From Laetmonice hystrix (lineage: Eukaryota): a stretch of DNA of 60,000 nt. Positions within the stretch are counted from its first letter, which is position 1, and every line of letters begins with the position of its first letter. This document shows, piece after piece, positions 50,901 to 60,000 of this stretch. The stretch lies in assembly GCA_965235115.1 (NCBI GenBank), contig OZ249436.1, positions 18,974,001-19,034,000 on the forward strand, read 5' to 3'. A program made the position numbers and the translations under genes. Under the pieces are notes generated by a model. The model did not search any database. It saw nothing but the letters and a program-made list of their open reading frames with translations, and was not told where the DNA came from.

Positions 50901-52071
50901 ATAATTCCTATATACCTTATCCTCTAGCTACTTGCTTACCTGGATAACGTACTAAAAGGTAATTTGATGGCGATCTCTTAACGCTATATGAATATTTGTT
51001 CTTTATTACTACCCACCTCTGTCTGTCTCCTCGAACAGTTACAACAAGATAAAGCAAGTGTCATTTCTCACATCCACTATCGGCCACACACATTCATTCC
51101 AACATAATATCGGATTGACATCAATGCAAATCAACGAAACTGGCATTTCTTACGGTCTAATGTGATTACCTCCATATCAACAAATGTGATTTAGAATACT
51201 GGGATACAAATCTTAAACTACGACATTTTTATGACCGTGCCGACACTGATATAGCCTCCTCACTGTATTATATATATTGGACACCGTTTACATTAGCTGT
51301 ACATCCCGAACTATATCAAAGGAATCACTGGTCAGTATAATGTCTGTTTGTCAAACAACATCAAGCACGGACGCCCATGAAAGTAGAAAAAAATCAAAAT
51401 TCATAAACCCCGTACCGTAACGGTCAGACTTGCTGGCCACTTGTTATCCTGCCGCACATTTCTAATATAAAACGTGTATCTCCACGGGTCCAGGCCGATG
51501 CTTCAACGCACCGCACGTGGGGATGGGGAGGCCCATGACTAGAATATCCCTAATGACTAGGATGAATAAAGTCCTCTTGGCAAGCCAGGTAGGCGTAGTT
51601 GTATGCAAGTTGTACATAATCCGTTGTACATTGCGTCACCGTATTGTGACGTCATCGCACCACGTCGTGCATTATCTTGGATGGAAAACCACGTTATGGA
51701 TTTCCCTGCTCACGGCTTTATGGGTAACGAAAAGCCTGGTCTCGTTAAATCTCGCCATATCACAGACATCTGGCGTGAACATAGTGGACGTCCCAAATAG
51801 GTAACAAGGTCAAGGCAACGTAACCTGACTACGTAACAGAGTATCAACTGCCAAGATAATTTGGAACAGGGACTGCTACGTCGCCGTCACATCCGGGTAT
51901 CTCTCTCTCAACTGCTATCCTCGACGTAACTGAAACCTTGGACGAGATGTGAGAGTAGACCAACCAGTAGCACCGATTCTGGGAAGGCAGTTTTCAAAAC
52001 AAAATCTACACTTAACATATTCACACAAACAGATGACGGACACGAACTGGTCTTTTTTTTGCATTTGAATT

Positions 52072-52515
52072 TCATGCTTTCGGGAATATGGTTGCCAAGG
52101 AAACAATAATCGTACACAAGTACATAAAGAAGAAAAGCCGATCCAATACTCGGGCTACAATCCGCCATTCCTTCGCCACTTTGCCTTGAGCGTCCTTTTC
52201 ATTTAGACGGTTAATAAAGGTCCGCAGGATCCTTTTTATTTCTTTAATGTCATTTTCTATTGCTTGATTGTGCAATGGCGAATAGTCTGGCGTGGCGTGA
52301 GATCGAGAGGACGTGCCCCCGTCTCGGTAGCCGTCAAACACAGGCGCTTGAAATTTATTGTATTCAAGCTTTGGACATTTTATTTTCTTTCTTTCCTTCC
52401 CGTGTTTGCTGTGTGAGCCGTCAAGGCTCACTGTATGGTCTTGCCGCGAGGTGTCTGCGTCTGTGACCACCTCACTGCGCATGCACAGAATTCGAGCCAG
52501 GCCGTCGACCATTAC
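52072..52515 (-). CDS. nAChR block B terminal exon (intracellular loop, MA helix, M4)
   Basis: ttttag|GTA ATG GTC GAC; ends [32 protein letters not shown]. Confidence 0.9.
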   Translation of the reverse strand, partial: VMVDGLARILCMRSEVVTDADTSRQDHTVSLDGSHSKHGKERKKIKCPKLEYNKFQAPVFDGYRDGGTSSRSHATPDYSPLHNQAIENDIKEIKRILRTFINRLNEKDAQGKVAKEWRIVARVLDRLFFFMYLCTIIVSLATIFPKA

Positions 52516-55500
52516 CTAAAATATAGAAAAAAGGGGTTACATTTTACACTACCTTTGTATATCTCATTACCCGCGATATAGTTCTTTACGCCAATGGTGC
52601 GTGATATTAAAAGTGTCTGTCTAAAAAGCTGAACAAGTATGGAGAAGACGCATGCATACAAGGCCAGGGTAGCATGGGTTCAGCACATTGGTTACAAGCC
52701 AAAACAGCAAGCGCTTCAAACCTAATGGTGTCGAGACAGACTTCGGCCACAGTGTCTCATAGAACTCTACGCGGGCGTGCCCAGAGCCGCACGCAGCCAA
52801 GGTTGGGGGGGGGGGGGGGTATAATATTATGTCCAAAAAAGTAATGTTTTCAGGATTATCTCGGAGTGGGGGAGGGGTGGTGGCTTCTCCCAGCCTCATC
52901 CTTACTAGACTAGGTACGGCCCTGGTGTCTCGCCCTACACAAATCGACCCTGGCAAACCTGTGCGGTGTCAATACATGAATCCTCTCAATAACCACTATT
53001 TATACACGTGGACTGAGCGTCACGTGACATAATACCACGTGACTTGACTCTTTTACTCAGATTACTCACCCGTTTGAGCCATTTGGGCACCCGGCTTCTT
53101 TTATCTCCCCGGAAGTAGAGGTTTATCACGATTACCGACAGGAAAGTCGATAGTGTTATAAGAATCATATTTAAACAAAAATACGCCCCTGGAACAAAGA
53201 GAGAATATCATGTAAGTGGCCTCCAACGTTACCTCAATAACGTTCTCAATCTGCTACATTACTGATTCCAAAGCAGGGTATAATATCACTAATGATGGGG
53301 TATTCCAAAGATATTACATTGGAATCACTGAAGGGATGAGCTGGAAATAACTTAAACAGATTTGATATAAAATCATAGTATTATTTAAATATTAGCGCCT
53401 AGATACCTTTGGAAATATGTAATACTTCGACAATTACGTATTGTTACATACGTTTACGTCCGTATTAAATTTATTGTTCTAAACACAATAGGCAATATTA
53501 CGATGGCCATACTTAGGATGATCATGTTCAGTTGTAGGCCTATCTAATGAGGCCGTCTGTAGGTGAGCCTTTCACAGATATCACCAAAGCACACACTGGG
53601 AGTGGCGGGTTGCTAGCCGGAGGTTGCCGTCTGCTGGAGCAGGCGAACGCTGTCCCGTCAACTAGGGGGCGCTGCGGCGCCTACTTCCGGCAGACGGCAG
53701 CCTCGATGTCCTTTTGCATGTGCACCGGTGTCTCCATCTAGCGGAATCAATCCAAGTCTGCGTTCTTTTGATCACTTCAGCCTGCGTCTCAATTTTGTAC
53801 ACGCGTTTGCATCGTTAGGAGGAGTCGCACTGGACCCAACTAACGAAACACCTTGGACTTTGAGACTGTAACGTCCATTTTAATTTGGAGTGGGGACTGC
53901 TGTGAGTGCGCCAATTTTGATTGCTTACATTGAGCCCGCCGTCGTTCCACATTTCGTCACAGGTCAACAATGCCTCCGACACAACCGGGGCAAGGGGAAC
54001 CATGCCTCCGACACAACCGGGGCAAGGGGAACCATGCCTCCGACACAACCGGGGCAAGGGGCTACCGCGGCGCCCTGCTAACACTAGGGGACCTGAATTT
54101 ACCAGTGTATGAGTATTTCCGTCTTTCTGTATTTCCAAATGGTCGGGATAATAAAAGAAAAATGTGTAATTTCTGTGAATAACCGCAGTGGTAGGTGTTT
54201 CACACGTCTATGAAAATACTGATGCAAAACTCGTGCATAACTAAAATACTCTGAATCCAAATGGGTGGCTGTGACCCTCGCTTGACTTTTGGTTCTTGTA
54301 TTTATAAAATAAACAGGGCCCCGAAAAAAAGTTGAGAATTTCTCGTTGACGACATTATCTGCCGTGTGATGTTGAATGAAACGGATAAACTTTATCCGTA
54401 CACGTCTGGTTGGCTGCCATCAGGGTTTTCGTTGGTCAAATAAAACGGAGAGGGCATAAAAATAAGGAAGTTAGGTATGGACTTCGAAAACCCGATTCCT
54501 ACCTATGAGCGGCACTGAGGACGCGGCGGGCGGCGTGGAGTCGGCAAGTAGTAGGAGCAACAAGAAAAATGCCACAAATATGTTCATACCTGGGTATAAA
54601 GAGGAGACAATAGGAGATCGGCGTCAATGATCAAAAAACCAGGCATGAAGTAATGATTAACACAATGGAAGACCTAACAACTCATAATGTAACGGACTAG
54701 GGGCGACGAACGGTGCACATCCAGAACGGCTCTAAGTATGGAACAGAAAAAACATTGGAAGCCGGCCGCAGTACATTGGAGGTATGGATGGAAACCGGGT
54801 TGGCCTACCTATGAGAGGTATGGAAGAGGCGGCCGGAGGCGTAGAGTCCGCTAGTAGAAGTAGTAAGACGAAGAACGCCACAAATATGTTCATACCTGCA
54901 TAGGGTAAAGGGAGGCACACCATTTAATGTCTCATTTACAAAAAACGCGAACGCCGCACAGATCTGGTCCTTTCTCTGATGTTAGTTTTCGACAATTTGG
55001 AAGCGGCCGGCGAACAAAGATCGTGGCGTACGTTTTGTTTGTCTCCATCGTTTTTGTCTTGAGGTTCGGGTATTAATATGTTCACACGGACTGTGGCGTA
55101 CGTTTACTATTTATTCGATAAAAAGAAACCTGACAACTGCGTCTTAGAAAGGAGGCAACTATGACGGTGTCTCAGATCGGAAGCCAGCATACCGGCGTCA
55201 TAAAATGCCAGCATCGCCTGAGGACGTTCTGACAACTGATCTGGTGCCGTCATGTATCAACTGATCTGGTGCCGTCATGTATCAACTGATCTGGTGCCGT
55301 CATGTATCAACTGATCTGGTGCCGTCATGTATCAACTGATTTGGTGCCGTCATGTATCAACTATGGCGGATTTATCTAACCGTAGCACCGCTCGATCGCT
55401 CTATCCTACTCATCGTCATATTGCAAGAAAACAGCAGAAGATTACTGTTTTGTGGAATTTCAGAAAGGGTGATTTCAATTCCACGACGGCTTGTCCAGCA

Positions 55501-58210
55501 ATGTTGTCAATAACGAACTCGTCTTTCCACACGACGACACATTGGCTGGACAGACACCAGCCTTATACTCTGGATCTGCTGGATCTCTGGATCTGGAACT
55601 TTATGTCTCTAACATCTCTAACATAACTCTGCCTCCGTATAACTTTACATCCCGGCCTCACCGACCTATTCCATCTTGACGTCTCGGGTCTAACAGGCCT
55701 ATTTCTTCTTCACGTCTCCGGCCAACGGAACAATGCCTCCTTATAGAACTTTACAGTGACCATGAATACTAATTCAAAGAAGAGTAGAATAAGGTCACGT
55801 GACGTGACACGGAGACGCCGAACATTAGATTCACGGCAATCGACGCTGGTAGAATCGGTCACTCTAACCCCTCCGTCTCACTACGATCGGTAAAAGTAAG
55901 TCAAATACTTCCAATTTACGATATGCCAAGATATGCTCAGACACGAACATGAAAGATTGATACGGGGGAAAACTAGAGGAAGAGATGTTTCGAACTCGTC
56001 TGTTAGTACAGCGGCCAAGGCGGGTTTTCCTGCGCGCTTTTTCAATTCTAGCGCAAAGCAACAGGGAGTGAAGAGGACAACTTTGGAAGTGTTTCATGCC
56101 ACTAAAAGATGCCAAAAAGATTTCCCAACGTAGGAAGGAAGATAACGTGGACACATAGGGGACCATGACAGATCATCATGTACTCGCCTTCCTTAATGTG
56201 GCACCGTTTGGCGCGCTCTAGCGGATGTAAACTAAATCATGATTAAATGCGTATCTTTATCTTTACCTTATAAATGTTCCATTACGAAACTTTTACAGCA
56301 TTTTACATTGTAAGCAAATAAACTTACTATGTGATATTATACAGAGTTCTTACTGCAATATGAATACTGACATTACTTGATATTGAATTAAAATTGTCGA
56401 GTTACAATTAGGGGAAGGCGCAGGCTATCATTTCTTTAATATATCGTGGTTTTTATGTCTGCCTTGAGCGCCGGGTATATGAGAGGAAGTGAAAAAACAC
56501 AGGCATAACACGTCAAGGGCGACAGTACTGGCCAGACAGCATAATCCGGGACAAGGGCTGAGTCCTGGCCAAGGAGCTGGTCCTGGACCCTGGACAAGGA
56601 GCTGGTCCTGGACAAGGATCTGATCCTGGACAAGGAGCTGGTCCTGGACAAGGAGCTGGTCCTGGACAAGGAGCTGGTCCTAGACAAGGATCAGGTTACC
56701 TTCCAGGTTTGTCCGACCAAATATTGCTAAATTCAAAATGATCCAAATGGTCACTTCCTGATTCGAGAAAATCGTGATAATATCACGTGATGGGGGGGGG
56801 GGGGACGCCGGCATTAGGCCCCCTTATCGGGGGGTCTTCTTAAAAAGTTAAAGTTTTTCTGGGTGCTAATTTGAATGACTTGACCCTGGATGCATTGTTG
56901 TTGTTCTAGTTCATTAGGACGACGGGAACTGTTATGGATAGTGTCGCCTCAACATTGAGTTATCATCAGGAAGGCACAGAACCCTCTTTATACCGTGACA
57001 TATAGTTCCTGGGGCGTGTTGGTAATTCGATGTGTCACAGGTGAGGGAGGATGGGGGGCCATACTGCCGCCGTTGAGGTTGGGAATACGCCCGCTACTTA
57101 CCTAAAATCATTTTGGCTGGGGACTCCGGCGGTAGCCAGAACACCACCAGTGTCAATGAAGATAGCAACACACACGGCAATATAAGGATGTAGTTGTAGA
57201 ACGCAGCGATACGTTTTAATTGTAGAGTAAATGTCAAATCAGGATAGGGCTCTTCGCAGCAAGGGTAGTACTTGACGTTCTTCTTGGCCGGGTGGCCGAG
57301 CAGAGCCCACTCATTGCTCTCTATGTAATCACTAACATCAACTTGTTCCAAAGCATCGTAGAAATCAATATCCAGTTTAAAACCGTCATACGTCCACGAT
57401 CCGAACTTGAGGTGGCAGACCTGTTCGTCGAACGGGAAATGCGTGATGTCAATGGAGCATGTCGACTTGAAGATGGCCATAGGGATCCAGAGCACCGTAC
57501 CATCGCTCGATACCACAGCCATCGCCTCGCGCTGCTCCTTAAGACGCGTGTCGGCGCTGGACGCGGCAGGAAGTGACGTCAGAAGAGGGCAGACGGCAGG
57601 TAGTGGCGGGCGAGGGGAGGGAAAAGGAACAGCATAGGATCACCAACAGGACGTGCGTGGGCACTCGCTAAACTTATCACAACCTTCATCGAAACTCAAT
57701 CTATCCAATATACGCATCTCGAAAACTCTAGCGAGGATGGGCGGAAAACATTCAGGAAATCGATCTCAAAACTTCCTTAAATCTAATTTAGAAGACAACA
57801 GATATTTAACGCCGTAGATCTCACAAAGATGGAAAACGCAAATGCAGCTATTTGGCCCGTCTGTATTGGATGTTATAAGATACCAGTGCCCGTGTATTAC
57901 AAGGTGCGGTTGACGAAGCCAACTCATAGACTCATCATTTCTTAAAGTTTCCTCTCGCTATTACTCACTTTTATAAATCAGAGTATATATACTCACTAAC
58001 TATGAAGCACTATTTAGGCCCACTCACTATTGGGTGGAGGAACTATTTGTAAAGCAGTGTGTGTTGTGTAGTCACTAGATATTAGGGAGTGTGTACTCAC
58101 TAGTTATAAAGCACTATGTCCGGGGTCCAGATCTTGGTGGCAGGTACACGAACGTGATCCACGCCTCCAAAATCATCAGGGTTCCAACGAAGTAAGATAT
58201 CGTTCCATAA
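52072..58210 (-). CDS. Nicotinic acetylcholine receptor alpha subunit, anion-selective type, block B (exons 1-3 outside the window)
   Basis: Exons 58210-58101 ([14 protein letters not shown]), 57556-57102 (Cys loop [15 protein letters not shown], loop B WTYDG, loop [11 protein letters not shown]1, PESPAK), M2 54895-54809 or 54589-54503, M3 53188-53070, last exon 52515-52072 (M4 [10 protein letters not shown]). All GT-AG and phase-compatible. Confidence 0.92.
53070..53188 (-). CDS. nAChR block B M3 exon
   Basis: ttccag|GG GCG TAT..AAA CGG|gtgagt; encodes [40 protein letters not shown]. Confidence 0.9.
53659..53674 (+). promoter_or_regulatory. CTCF-like motif
   Basis: caactagggggcgctg is close to the CTCF core CCACTAGGGGGCGC; motif match only. 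Confidence 0.35.
53968..54062. repeat. 33-bp tandem repeat, about 3 copies
   Basis: atgcctccgacacaaccggggcaaggggaacc. Confidence 0.9.
54503..54589 (-). CDS. nAChR block B alternative M2 exon b
   Basis: cccag|GT ATG AAC..CTC ATA G|gtagga; encodes [30 protein letters not shown], 87 nt; absent from the ORF track. Confidence 0.86.
54809..54895 (-). CDS. nAChR block B alternative M2 exon a
   Basis: tgcag|GT ATG AAC..CTC ATA G|gtaggc; encodes [30 protein letters not shown], 87 nt. Confidence 0.88.
55233..55362. repeat. 25-bp tandem repeat, 5 copies
   Basis: caactgatctggtgccgtcatgtat. Confidence 0.93.
56555..56692. repeat. 18-bp tandem repeat
   Basis: ctggacaaggagctggtc about 7 times. Confidence 0.9.
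57102..57556 (-). CDS. nAChR block B Cys-loop/loop C/M1 exon
   Basis: Overlaps ORF 57094-57522; acceptor gtccag|C GCC GAC, donor TTA G|gtaagt. Confidence 0.93.
58101..58210 (-). CDS. nAChR block B 110-nt ligand-binding-domain exon
   Basis: tttcgcag|TTA TGG AAC GAT..TAT AAC TA|gtgagt; encodes [36 protein letters not shown]. Confidence 0.9.
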
Positions 58211-58953
58211 CTGCGAAACATAAAACATACAACATGATGGATTAAATAATAAAAAAGAGTGGGGTAATTAGCAAATATGTGGTTCATTTTATAGTTTAGA
58301 CTTTAGGTATGAGCCACACCGATCAAACTGGTGAAGACAATTATTAGAGAAATTTGTAATAGGATGGCACCTGCACCAACTAATCCATGAAACTGCTACT
58401 GAACCTGTATTCATTGTACAAATACATAAGACAGCTTACTGTCTTCATACTAATGAAGCTTTCGATGTTAGTAAGAACGAAGGACAAATAACATAGGCTG
58501 ACAGCAAGAACGACAAAGTATAGCCGTAAATGAATAGAAGAAGCAGAAAAAAAAGAACAAAGAGAAACACAAGGAGCGGATGTCGATGTTACGCGATGCA
58601 GACGCGTTTCTTTTGTGTCCCTAGCCGAGAAAAAAAATCTTATTGGGTGGGATTCCCAGCAATGAATAGGATTCGCCTGCCTGGTATGTATAAGTTTTAT
58701 TCCTCTGTACCATCCCCAGATGAGCCTCCTTGCCTGGCGCCTTGCTATACACCTAGCCTACACTTGTACGACCGTACCACCTTGTCATTCGATAAAGAAG
58801 TCACTCGTTCAATGTTGGCCACAAGATGGCCATCTTTATTCCGAAGTTTTGTAAAGTAGAGACCGTTCGTCCCTTGAGACGTACACGTAATGTTATTATT
58901 TAATTCTATCTTACTTATGGTTGACGGAGGCGGTGCGAGATTGCGCGAGATCA

Positions 58954-58969
58954 CGCCACCTAGCGGCGA
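58954..58969 (-). promoter_or_regulatory. CTCF-like motif in a CpG-rich intronic patch
   Basis: Reverse strand reads tcgccgctaggtggcg; motif match only. Confidence 0.35.
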
Positions 58970-60000
58970 ACGCGGCGCTCGTCGTTTGCACACGGTACCG
59001 TAACGTTTGCGCCGCATACACGCGTTTTCGAGTTTCTTTCTTCTAAACATTCCCAGCCGGCGCTACCGCTCGACCTGTGGAAATAATATAAGTCCAATCA
59101 GAGACGAAACGCTGAACGAATCATTGATAAAGAGAACGAACATTATGAATGATAAACTCTATGGACAGTGCTCTTAATCTACAGGACGTACCATAGACAG
59201 ACAAAGGGAGTGAGAGCAGAGATCTAGCCGCATGTCGTAAAACCCCGCCGGTTTACGGCACCACCTAAACGTCCTCAAGGTCACAGCAGACATTTTTTGT
59301 CAACGGTCGCGGTCTTTAATGACCCTGAACTTAACGAGTGAATCTAGTCTTCACGTGCTCATACAAACACAGACTCAGTGCACGCATAGGCGGTCCCTAG
59401 AATTATATGTGATGTCATGCTCAGACCAAGGACGACCCATTCTACCTAACTGCTGGGTCTATATAACACGTCTTAAGTCTAAGACATCACTAAGTCTTAA
59501 CAAGACCTTGCCTGATAGTACCTTATCATCACAGAAGAGTCTTAGGGCTGCGTCTAAAACGATCTGCCATCCAGTGTCCATACCGGAGAGAAGAGCTTGT
59601 TAATTGCCATGGCAGCTTAATTAGGAAGACTTTCTAGTGCGCAGATGTGAACAGAAATATGGCTGCACCCGTCAGGGATACGTTGAATTCTGATCTTATG
59701 CTGCCAGTAACTTGGATGGGAATGCGAGATGATCTCATCTTATCAAATCACGCCAAACACGCTTGGAAGGGAGGAGGAGAAGTTTAAGTTAAGTAGGTAT
59801 TATTATAAGCACACAATGGCAGGCAAATAAAGACGTGAAAAAGTTGCGATCTATTTGTGCGAAGCACGCGAGGAACCAAGCGGTATTTTTAGTCACCGCG
59901 TAACGTAGAATGGATAGAACACGAGGTAAAGAACTGAGGATAACAGATTCGACATTAGTCAAGAGGAGCATGCTACTGCAGGATGCCTTAATCGCTTATT

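Overview
Intron-rich invertebrate genomic DNA, probably lophotrochozoan (inferred only from the nAChR clade). Genes: (1) a complete 9-exon ZDHHC6-type palmitoyltransferase on + (433-5463); (2) a convergent 10-exon ankyrin-repeat/SOCS-box gene on - (18513-9620) with a probable GC-AG intron; (3) on - (58210-39117), two tandem intact blocks of nicotinic acetylcholine receptor alpha exons of the anion-selective type, each starting at the 110-nt exon equivalent to CHRNA7 exon 4. Block B (58210-52072) has two alternative M2 exons and block A (45897-39117) has two alternative M3 exons. I found no exons 1-3 between the blocks, which suggests one locus with shared 5' exons outside the window and combinatorial splicing. 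The 18.7-36 kb interval is dense with MITEs, Tc1/mariner and Sola2-like remnants and a patchwork of decayed duplications. Two other patterns stand out: minisatellites that multiply real splice sites, and a strong excess of TAGGCCTA/TACATGTA palindromes that paralogue comparisons show to be 6-nt insertions at TA. All exon boundaries were read by eye and are untested against transcripts.
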